Shown here: positions 37,083-54,458 of the stretch, one piece after another
Numbering within the stretch: position 1 is the first letter of the stretch
Layout of the letters: each line of letters opens with the position of its first letter
DNA from: Paramoeba atlantica
Taxonomy: Eukaryota > Protista > Discosea
Direction: 5' to 3'
NCBI GenBank assembly: GCA_977017575.1
Contig: CDRNVI010000196.1
Span: 1 to 64,000, forward strand
DNA length: 64,000 nucleotides
The notes under the pieces: model-generated
The model's database searches: none
Seen by the model: the letters and a program-made list of their open reading frames with translations, nothing else
What the model was told of the DNA's origin: nothing
Translations under genes and position numbers: made by a program

Positions 37083-40000
37083 TCAACAACAAAAGCATTT
37101 TTTCTCCCTTCGATAAGAGATAACCAACTCTGGATAACCTTGACAATTATCATAGACAATATATTCTCGATATTTATCGACATCTGCAATTACCGAATCT
37201 AATAAACGGTCTCCTGATTTTGGTGGTCTTCTCTGAAAGGGAGAGAAAGATTGTTAAAAACAAGAAAAGAGAAAAGAGAAAAAGAAAAAGAAAAAGAAAA
37301 AAGGAAATAAAAGAGAAAAAAAAAAAAAAAACAAAAAACAAAAAACAAAAAAACAAAAAAACAAAAAAACAAAAAAACAAAAAAACAAAAAAAAAAAACA
37401 AAACTTGATTTCGAAGATAACGATTAGTAAGACAAGGAGAACCAACAACAACACGAGAAAAGATAACATGACGGAGACCTTCACGATCATCATCACAATA
37501 TTTATCACTCTTTTCTATATCATCTGTAAAGTAAATTCCTGATCCGTATTTTCCATCTAGTGATGATACTCGACAATCAAACCCCTTTTTTAATAAGAGA
37601 AGAGAGAGAGAAAGGGAGAGAAAGAGGAGAGAAAAAGAAAAGAAAAAGAAAATCAATCTAAGAATGTTTTCTGTTTTAAATAATAATAAAAATAATTGAA
37701 CCGAAATAATAAGAATAAAAATAATAATCATTTAAAAAAGAGAAAAAAAAACTCTCAACAATAAATAAATAAATAAATAAAATAAAATAAAATAAAATAA
37801 AATAAAATAAAAAATAATACTTCACGATAAACAAGAGGAGCAGCACGAGCACTCGTACCATGAAGTAACATAACTTCTCGAATTCCACGATCTAATTCAA
37901 ACTCTTTGTTCATCCAATCTGCCATTGTTTTCACATCTATTGGTTTCTGAAAAAAATGAAAAAGAAAAAAAAAAAAATTATTAATTTGTGGAAAAAAGTT
38001 AGGGAGGAAAAATGTTGATTCTTAAATCGTTTTTTTTGTTGATTCTTAAATCGTTTCTTTGTTAATTTTAAAAAATGTAATACCCCTCCCCCACCCCCCT
38101 ATCTATTTTAAAAAGAAAAATAAAGAAATAATAATTAAAAAAAACCGCTAAATGACGCTTCTGAGCAATCAACTCTCTTGTCAAATGATATCTCCTCCAA
38201 AGATCAGGATTTTCAACTCGATGAATCATCACAATCTCTCCACCAACTCCTTCCACAATCCAAGACAATCGATCAATAAAATCATCTGTCACATCAATCA
38301 ACTGGAACGTGACCGATTCTTCTTCTTGTTCAAGTTCCCAATAAACAGGGAGAGGGACTGCAGTGAGAACAGAGCTTGTCCTCACAACCTCTCTCTTCTC
38401 TTCATGTTGGATAAGAGGGAGCCCTTCAACCATCATTTCATCTTCATCTCGCAAATAATCAAGAGTACGAGGTCGTTCTTTCTTTGTACAGCAGGCACAA
38501 CATCCACAACATGCTGCACAGAATGTTCCAAGGACAGCGAATTTCTCTGCAAAGACACAAACAAGAATTGAAGCAATGACAAGAACGAGAACACCAGCTG
38601 CTGTTGCCCCAACAACAACTGGGTCTGTGTAGAACTTCTCTGGAGGAGAAGGAGAAGGAGAAGGAGAAGGGAAAGGAGAAGGAGAAGGAGAAGGAATTGG
38701 AGAAGAAGTAGGACTTGGTACAGGAGATGGTGAAGGGATGGGGGATGGTGAGGAAGAGGGGGATGGTGAGGGAGAAGGAATAGGAGAAGGAGAAGGAGTT
38801 GGGGTTGGAGTGGGGGTTGGTGTAGGGGTTGGAGTAGGAGTTGGAGTTGGAGTTGGAGTTGGAGTTGGAGTGGGGGTCGGGGTGGGAGTTGGAGTTGGAG
38901 TTGGAGTTGGAGTGGGAGTGGGAGTGGGAGTAGGAGTCAAAGTCGGAGTAGGAGTAGGAGTTGGAGTTGGAGTTGGGGTAGGGGTAGGGGATGGTGAGGG
39001 AGAACCACCAATGCAAGGGAGGCACAAAGAATTTTCTTCCGCAGAACAACAAGGAGGAACAGGACAAGAAAAATCATTGTCCCGAAGATCATAGTCTGTG
39101 ATGCTACAAATCCAAGACCCAATGAGACCAGTCAAGGAGTTATCTTTCAAATATCTAAAAAAGAGAAAAGAAGAAAGTATGAGCGGAGACACAAAAAATA
39201 AAAATCAAGAAAGCAATCTTACAATTTTGTCAAAGAATTTGGTCCATTCCATGGTAAATCTCCTATGAGATGATTCTGATCCAAATTTCTAAAAAAAAAA
39301 AAAAAGAGAGAATATAAACAAAAAAGAAAAGATTCAAAAAAAAAAGGAGATGAAAAAAATCAAACAGCGAAGTTAGGCTTTGAAGAGTTGAATAAGATTT
39401 GGGAATGGCACCACTAAACCGGTTCGAACTGAGATCCCTGTTCATCCACAAAACCATTCAGGTATATTTTTTAAAGGAAGGAAAAAAGAAAGGAAGGAAA
39501 TGAATACACAGTTCGAACTGAAAGGAAACTAAGATCAGGAAGAGTGTTTTGGAAACTATTGCTGTGCAGATCACTACAAACAAGAAGAGAAATTAATAAA
39601 TAAAACAAAAGAGAAAAAAGAAAAGAAAGAATCCCAGACAGGGTCTCAAGCTCACGGAGATTCCCCAATTGAAAATTAAAGGATCCAAAAATTGAATTCT
39701 TGTGCAAATCACTATTTTTTTTTTTGAACTTTGAATTTTCTGGCATGAGAAAGAAAAAGAAAAAGAAAGAAAAAAAGGGACATGATGGTGGCATGGCTCA
39801 AATACGCGAGAGATGGTTGGATAACTCCTGACAACCGATTGTCGGAGAGTTGTCTGCACAATTGGAGAAATTACAAACAAGAAAGAAAAAGAAAAAAGAA
39901 AAGAAAAAAACTGACAATTGTTTCACAACAGGGTTCCTAGAGTTGGTACAAGTGACGCCATGCCAACCACTTGCACATGGTTCGCCTACAAAAGAAAGAA

Positions 40001-40463
40001 AAGAAAGAAAAGAAAGAAAGAAAAGAAAGAAAGAGTCAAAAAAGATGATGGGGCAAAGCTGGGGAATCGAACCCGCGCACCTTTTTCCCTTTTCTCTGAT
40101 AAAAAACAAACAGAAAAAAATGACATTCAAAGTTAAAAATCCAAAACCTGACATCCAATTTCTCTTATTCTTCCAACTTGCTCCATTTGTAGATGTGTAG
40201 AGATCCGTCAAGGCTTTTTTGATTGAAAAGTCAAAAAGAAAAAATCTCTTCCAGAGAAAAAAAAAAAAGGGAAATATAAAAGTAAAAAATTATGAAAAGA
40301 GAAAAAAAAGAAACCTGTCTTTTCATCACTAGATTGGGCAAGCACCACTGGGAAACAAAGTGAGAAAATCAAAAAAGAGAGAGAAAGAAAAAGAAAAAGA
40401 AAAAGAAAAACCAGAACCGCCCAAAAAAAGAAGAAAAAAGAGGGACCGAACGAGAGAGAACAT
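37083..40463 (-). CDS. LRR receptor-like PARP: signal, plant-type LRRNT cap, LRRs, Pro/Thr stalk, TM, Cys cluster, cytoplasmic PARP catalytic domain (start codon uncertain, ~40463-40483)
   Basis: [23 protein letters not shown]|[12 protein letters not shown]; LRR exons [51 protein letters not shown]. The same large exon carries the stalk, [26 protein letters not shown] and [13 protein letters not shown]. Then [63 protein letters not shown], ending REKKCFCC*. Confidence 0.85.
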
Positions 40464-41018
40464 CGACAAAAACAAAAAACCAATCAACAAAAAAAAAAAC
40501 CAAATCAACAAAACTCCCCTTTTTGTCCCCTTTCTTTTGTTTCAAAGTTTTCTTTTTTGTTGGTTTTTTTTGAGAGGGCGTGAAAGTTTTGGGTGTATTG
40601 AACGAAACAAAAAGAAGAAAAAGAAAATGGAAAATTTTTCAATCAAAAAGAAACAAGAAAAAAACGATTTTGAGACGATTTGAGGGCAGAAAAGTTTCTT
40701 TTTTTTGTTCGGAGAATGTTCGATCCCTTTTCCCTTTATTTTATTTTCTTTCTTTTTGATTCAAAAGTGGTTGTCCTTCTTTCATATTCTCTTTCCAAAG
40801 AGAGAGGTTCTCTTTCAAAGACCACCCTTTTTTTGGGGGGGGGATGAAGAGGTTGTGGTTCTTTTCTTCTTTTTCGAAAAATTCAAAATTCCCCTCGCTC
40901 AAAAAAAACCAAAACCACCGGGTCTCCACCTTAAAAGAAGAAGAAGAAGAAGATTCAGGAAACAAAACTCCCCAAAGAGGCGATGGTCTTCCCCAAAAAG
41001 TTTTTTCTTTTTTCGTTC

Positions 41019-44000
41019 TCAACCAAATAATCTTGCTCTTGCAACTTCAACAATTATTTTCTCTCTCAAATAAGGCATATGTTTTTGTCGAAAGGTAAAA
41101 GGAGCGTCTCGACTGCAAAAATCTGCAAACATACAAGCAAAGATGCCACAATCATATCCATTCTTAAAGGAACGAGTCAGATAAGAAAAAACTCACACAA
41201 AGAGGAAAGGAAAGAGAAAAAGGAAAGAGAAAAAGGAAAAAGAAGAAAGACCTCTTGTTTGGGGATATCTTGAGGTTGATACTCAGTCCAGCCAGTAATA
41301 TCAAACACGCCTTTCTTTTTGTCTTTGTATTCTTCTTCCAAATATTTTCTCATCAACTACAAAAAAAAAAGAATCGAGAAAAAAGATTGTAAGATAAGAT
41401 CGGACCAAATAAAAAACAAAAATATAATCAGATAAAATAAGAGAAAAAATAAAAAGAGAAAAAAAAAGTAAATAATAAATAATAATAATAAAGAGATAAA
41501 AAATGATCAATAAAAATAAAACATTCTGAGAATTAAAAACAATCAGACCTGAATACATTTATAATTAGGACTTCCCATTGAATCATAATATTCAAATTTT
41601 TTATCTCGCAAATTAATGACCGCAGTACACCAATGATTCCCCAAATGAACAGGAAAAATAACTTTGTCCATTTCAAATATATCCACATTTGCCTGTTCAA
41701 GAGATTTTGAGAAGAAAGAAAGAAAGAAAGAGAAAAGAGAAAAGAAAGAGAGAAAGAGAAAGAGAAAAGATTTATGATAAAGAAGAAAGAGAAAAGAAGA
41801 GAAAAATGACGAAATTGTAAAGAAGAGAACGACCTTTGTTGACCATCTCCGAACCCGAGCATAACCTTTCTGATACAAAGTATAAAAGAAAGAGTTATAA
41901 AAGAGACACTTTGTCGTTGAATTTGTGCTCCTCTCTTTTAGCATTGAGAGATAAAAGTTGATCACCTGAGAAAAAGATCAGAAAGAGAAGAAAAGAAAAG
42001 AGAGGGAATGAATATTCGATCGGAATAACTTTTTGACAAAAAACGACAAAAAGAGGTGAAAAGAAAAAAAAAAAGAGCAAGAGAGAAGAAAGAGAAAGAA
42101 AGAGAAAGAAAGAGAAAGAAAGAGAAAGAAAGAGAAAGAAAGAGAATGAAAGAGAATGAAAGAGAAGAAAAGAGAAGAAAAAAAAACTGACCTCATCATT
42201 CAACCATTCATAACCAGAAAGACGTTGAACATCCGAAACTGTCAATTCAATATCCCCATGATTTGAGACAATTTCATGTTCTGCTCTTCTAAGAGTCCGT
42301 TGAACAAGATTTTGTTCTTCATCTATTATTATTATTTGAGTGAGAAGGGAAAGAGAGAGAGAGAGAGAGGAAAGAGAGAAATGAGATGTTAGAGGAGGAA
42401 CAAAAAAAAGAAAAGAGACAAAAAAAAGGAAACCACTGAGAATGGGAAATTGCGGTCCAAAAAGGCCAGCGAGAGCTCTTCTCTTCTTCTCTTCTGCTTC
42501 TCTCTTTTTTCTTTCTTCTTCCACCTGGGGAGGGATCAAAGTTAGTTCTTCATTTTTCCTCTTCTTATTTTCTCTCTCTTTTTCTCTCTCTTTTTCTCTT
42601 TTGAACAAAAAAAAAAGTTACGATTAATCTTCGAGCAAGATTTCTCTCCAGAGCTCTTTTCTCGGACTGTAAAAAGAAAAATAAGAAAATGAGAAAAGAG
42701 ACAGAGAAAGAGAAAAAAATAAGGAGGGGAAGAAACAAAGAAAAGAGAAGAAAAGAGAAAAATTAAAAAAATTTTAAAAAAAACCTCTTTCGAGATCTCC
42801 TTGACAGTCTTCATAGCACTTAATTCTCTCTTCATTCTCTCGAGTTCTTCTCTTCTCTCATCTCTTTTCCTTTGAAGAGGAGTAAAAGTTCTCTCAAAAG
42901 CACCAATTTTCTCTTCCCTGGAAAAACAAAGAAATAGTTAAAATCACAAAGAGAAAAGCGCAAAAGAAAAGAGAGAGAGAAAAAGGAAAAAAGAAAAGAA
43001 GAGAGAGTGTGAACCAATCTTCTAGGACAACAGGACGACGATATTCTTCTTCTTCAAAGAGAAGAGGGGCCAATGGAACACGAGAGGTAGAAGAAGAAGA
43101 ATTTGTCTCTTTTCGTTGTTGTGGTCTTGTTGAAGAAGAGAAATTTGCCTCTTTTCGTTGTTGTGGTCTTGTTGAAGAAGAGGTAGAAGAGAGAGAAGAA
43201 GAGGAGGAGGAAACAGAAGATTGAGAGGAAAGAAGAGTGGAAAAAGGAGAAGCTTTTCTCTTTCTTTTCTGAATTGAGAGAGGATCAGGAAGAGAGAGTG
43301 GAGATCGTTGATAAGAGAGAGAAGAAGAGAGAGAAGAAGAATGAAGATAAGTTTGTTGAGGAGAAGAGGAGGAGGAGGGAGGCTGAGAAGGTGGGGAGAG
43401 AAAAGGAGATGGAGAAGAAGAAGAAGGAGATTGCGAAGATGGAGAGAGAAAAGGGAGACCGTTTTGTGTGGGAGGAGAAGAGGGAGGAGAAAAAGGAGAA
43501 GAGATAGAAGAAGAAGAAGGAGAGAGAGAGGGAGAGGAAGAAGGAGAGGGAGAAGGAGAGCGAGGGGGAGAGAAACAAAGCAAACGACTTGGATCAACTA
43601 AGGAGAAAGTAGAAGAAGGAGCTTTTCTTCGAGAAGAGAGAGAAGAGACAGAAGAGACAGGAATAGAAGGGATTGTTGAAGAAGGAGAAGAATGATGATA
43701 GGAAAGAGAGAGAGGAGAAGGAGAGGAAATTAGAGGAGAAGCAAGAGGAGAGAATAGTTTTTGTTGAGAGGCAGAGAGATTATAAAGAGAAGACGTTCTA
43801 TGAGAAGAAGAAAAGGGAGAGGGAGAGAAGGAAGGAGAAGGAGAGAAAGAAGAAGGAGGAAGAAGAGAAGAAGAAGAAGAAGAGAGAGGATGACGACGAG
43901 AAGGAAGATGAGAAGAAGAAGAAGAAGAAGAAGAAGGAATATCAAAATTCATCGGACAATTAAATTCTCTTTCCATTTTTTGATCAAATGCGATTTTTCC

Positions 44001-44751
44001 TTTTTGTTGAACAATAGTTTGCAATAATCGCGATTGTCCTCTCTCTCTTCTTTCTTCTCCTCCTCTCTTTCCAAGATGATTACTCTCTGGTGTTGTCATA
44101 ATTCTTTTTCCCTTGTCTTCTTGTCTTCTCTCTCTTCTTTTCATCTCCATTCTTCTCTTCTTTTTCCCTGTGTTTGTTTCTTCTCGTTTCCTTCCAATAC
44201 TAAACACACGAATTTCTTTCTCATTTTTCTTATGTTTTTCTTGTTGTTGTTGTTGTTGTTGTTGTTGTTCACTTTGATCTTCGTCTTCTTCAAGTAGAAC
44301 AGGGGTTGAAGCACGTTCTGAGATAAAAAAAAAAGAAATTTAATCATTTTTTTTCGAAGGGAAGAAAAAGAGAGAAGAATCCAAAAATTTGTTTTGGTGT
44401 GTAAAAATTTCTTCTCTTCTCAGAACAAAAACAAAAACAAAAACGCAAACCAAAAGAGCTCTTTGGAGAATCAACAGCACCTCTCTTCCTCTTTCTCTTT
44501 GAACGCCGCCATCCCAGATCTTCCTCTCTTTCATCATCTCCACTTTCATCTTCTTTTCTACTCTCTTCCTCTTCTTCTTCTCCTCTTTTCCACAAAGAAC
44601 TCACAAATTTGACAGGAGTCAAAACAAGACTTGATAACCATCCTCCCTCCTCTTTCTTTCCTTCTTCTGAAAGACCATTCCCTTCTTCTACACGACCATT
44701 CCCTTCTGAAAGACGGATCCGCTTGAATGGGGGTGTTGCAAGGACCTCCAT
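41019..44751 (-). CDS. ULP1: SUMO-specific protease, Ulp1/SENP1 family (peptidase C48) with long disordered N-terminus
   Basis: LSGYEWLNDE|VINFYL, FYNSFFY, RVRRWSTK, IFPVHLGNHWC, EYYDSMG and PKQE|NGYDCGIFAC give an intact His-Asp-Cys triad. Stop at 41019. Confidence 0.9.
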
Positions 44752-45068
44752 TTTCGAGAGAAAGAGATGACTTTCTTATTTTTTTTTTCTCTTTCTCTCT
44801 CTTCTCTCCCCGTCTTTCCTCGCAGATCGTCTCTCTCTCACTTTTGTTTCCGTTTTTTTCCAATCTTTCCGAAAAAGAAAAAAGAAAAAAACGAAAAATT
44901 CAAAAACTCGAAGAAAAAAGGGGTTGATTTTATCTTTTTCATTGACAGAAAGAATCACTTTCTCCAAAAATCAAAAAGGACACAATACTTTCGGAGAGGA
45001 AGGGAACAAAACGTGTTTTTTCTTTGTCTTCCTTTCCTTCGGAGAACTTACTATTTGAGAACTCACTC

Positions 45069-45562
45069 ATGGCTGACAATTTTGAAAAAGGTTTTCCCTC
45101 TCTTTGTTTCAATTTTCTCGCTGTTTTTCTTTTGTTTTCCAAAATCCTCTTGATCACTCTTCGTTTCTCACGTTTTTCTTTTTTCATCAACAGCTGTTTA
45201 CTTCGTTCGCAACAGCGCAGGAAATCCTTCTGCCTCCAATGAAGACAAGTTGAAAGTCTATGCTCTCTACAAACAGGTTCCCCGCCACCTTTTTATCTTC
45301 CTCTCTTTTGAGAGAGAGTTTTCCTTTTGTTTTTGCGTGGAGTTATTTAAACACAAAATGTAAAAATTAATAGGCTACCACTGGAGATGTTGAGGGTTCT
45401 CAACCTTGGGCTGTTCAATTGGAAGCTCGTGCCAAGTGGGATGCATGGGATGCATTGAAGGGAAAGAGCAAGGAAGATGCCAAGAAGGACTACATTGCTG
45501 AAGTCGCTCGTCAAACTCCAAACTGGGAAAGTGATGCTATTCTCGAGAACTATGGCAAATAA
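45069..45562 (+). CDS. ACBP: Acyl-CoA-binding protein (3 exons)
   Basis: MADNFEK|AVYFVRN..SNEDKLKVYALYKQ|ATTGDV..PWAVQLEARAKWDAWDALKGKSKEDAKKDYI matches ACBP YxxYKQAT..G..KWDAW..KG.S...A...Y. Confidence 0.92.
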
Positions 45563-45787
45563 ATAATCAATTTTTTTGTTGAATTTTCTTGTTCAAATTT
45601 TTTTTGGACTCAAAAAAAACGAAGTAAAACATAAAAAACGAGAGAAAAAAAGAAAAGGGAAGAAAAAAAAAGAGAAAAAATCAGTTTTTGAAACAAAGTC
45701 TTTTTTGAAAGAACTTTTATTTTATCATAATTTAACAAAAAATATTATTTTTCGAATATTTCGAAAAAAAACACACTCAAAATTCTA

Positions 45788-48505
<2,718 letters not shown>

Positions 48506-48689
48506 AAAAAAAACATAGATATCATTTTTTAAAAGAGACGAGGGAGAGAGAGAGAAGAAATCAGAAAGTCTGATTTGAATTATCTTCTTTAGAGTAAAAC
48601 ATTAATTCCAAAAACAAAAAAATTGACAAAAACCCAAACATTTCAACAAATTTTTTCGACTTTTTTTTTTTTTTTTCTTTTTCCTTTTT

Positions 48690-48851
48690 TTTTCGCGACT
48701 CGCGAAAAGCCCTCCTCCTTTTTGTCCAATTTTTTCCACCGATTTTGGACGCCGAAAATAACTTTTTTCACCTTTTTTTTTGAAGCGTTGATTTCCCTCA
48801 TCTTTTCTTATTTCACCAATAATTAAATTCGGTCCTTTTCATTGCCACGTG
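48690..48851. promoter_or_regulatory. Candidate CDC48 promoter elements: CGCG dyad and G-box
   Basis: Perfect inverted repeat TTTTCGCGA-C-TCGCGAAAA at 48690-48708 and CACGTG at 48846-48851, upstream of ATG 48968 in otherwise CpG-poor DNA. Confidence 0.45.
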
Positions 48852-48967
48852 TGAAGGAGCAAAGGCTTTTCTCGCTTTTTTTTCTTTTTCTTTTTTTCAT
48901 TCACGGGTTTCGGTGAACCAACCCCAAAACGACAAAGAAGAAGGAAGAAAGTAAGGGACAGGAACAA

Positions 48968-53192
<4,225 letters not shown>

Positions 53193-53466
53193 AAATGTTT
53201 TGAATGGCTGCTGAGTTTTGAGATTATCAACAATAATTATTGTTGTGGTTTTGGGACAATTTTCCTGTTGTGAATTATTCACACTCTGGAAAATCGTGAT
53301 TATTCACCATCTTTCTTTTTATTTGAAAACATCAATAAATAGAAAAAGAGTTTTTTGTTAACCAAAAAAAAAAAAAAATCTGATCTCGATGTTTGCTTTT
53401 AATCCAAATCTCTCTCTCTCTCCCCAATTTGTTTTTACAGATTTTTTTATTATTCCAAAAAATTAT

Positions 53467-54246
53467 TTATTTCTTGGAGATCTCACAAAAGACACTCGAA
53501 TCATCCACTGTTAAAGTCTTGACATCAATTCCCTCAATCCCCTGACAAAGAGAGAGAAACTGATCAGGACCAACAGTTGTCGCAGTAAATCCATCTTTAC
53601 AAACAATGAGACCATTTTTTGTCTTTTCTTTATCGATTTCTCCCAAGAGGCCAGCGGAAGATTGGGCGTAAAACCATTCAAGTCTTGCATCCCAAATCTT
53701 TTCAGAATAAGAAGAAAAGAGAGCAATTCCTCCTCTTTTTGAAGAGAGGACGCGGAGGGATTCTTTTATGAGTGATTTTTGATCTATGTGAAAGGCAGAG
53801 ATCCCGTTTTGAATACAAACAACGATATCGAATGTTTCATCTTCAAAAGAGAGATGGAGAGCGTTCATTTCTTGGTATTCAATATTGGAGGGGAAATCTT
53901 TCTCTTTTTGTTGGATTTCTTTTGCCAATGCGATGTTGTAGGGAGAGATATCAATTCCAACGACAAAACTTGATTCTCGTGCGATTGGTGGAACTTCTCG
54001 GCCATACCCACAACCCAGCACAAGGACTCGAGGACCCTCATCATCATCACCATCTTTCTTTCCTTTCTCTTTCTTTCCTTTCTCTTTCTCTTTTTCTCTC
54101 CACCTTTTGGCAATACTGACAACATGTTGAATCTCTTCATCAAGAAATTGTTGTATTCTTGGGTTTGCAACAGCATAGCATTGTTGCAATCGATCAGCAG
54201 AAAGTTTTTTCGTATAGTACTCTTCTTCTTTCTGAACGTTGCTCAT
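53467..54246 (-). CDS. Class I SAM-dependent methyltransferase, intronless
   Basis: Motif I VLVLGCGYGR, VVGIDIS, MNALHLSFEDETFDIVVCIQNG. Single open frame from ATG 54246. Confidence 0.85.
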   Translation of the reverse strand: MSNVQKEEEYYTKKLSADRLQQCYAVANPRIQQFLDEEIQHVVSIAKRWREKEKEKGKKEKGKKDGDDDEGPRVLVLGCGYGREVPPIARESSFVVGIDISPYNIALAKEIQQKEKDFPSNIEYQEMNALHLSFEDETFDIVVCIQNGISAFHIDQKSLIKESLRVLSSKRGGIALFSSYSEKIWDARLEWFYAQSSAGLLGEIDKEKTKNGLIVCKDGFTATTVGPDQFLSLCQGIEGIDVKTLTVDDSSVFCEISKK

Positions 54247-54458
54247 CAAACCAAGAATTCTTCTCAAGAGAGAGGAGTGTTGAACATGAACAACTCAACA
54301 AATTGGTTAAAAGCAAACAAATAAATTATTTCTAAAAAAGGAGAAAGAAAGTTTTTCAAAAATCGGCGAAGCCAAAAAACACGCCTTTTCTTTTTTTCAG
54401 TTTTGTGTTTTGTGTTTCAGTTCTCTTTTCTTTGTTTTTCCTTGTTCTTTGTTGGTTG

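Noticed and set aside
45700-45787. Metazoan-type histone 3' stem-loop after H3
   Set aside because: No such hairpin seen; only AT-rich sequence with polyadenylation-like hexamers.
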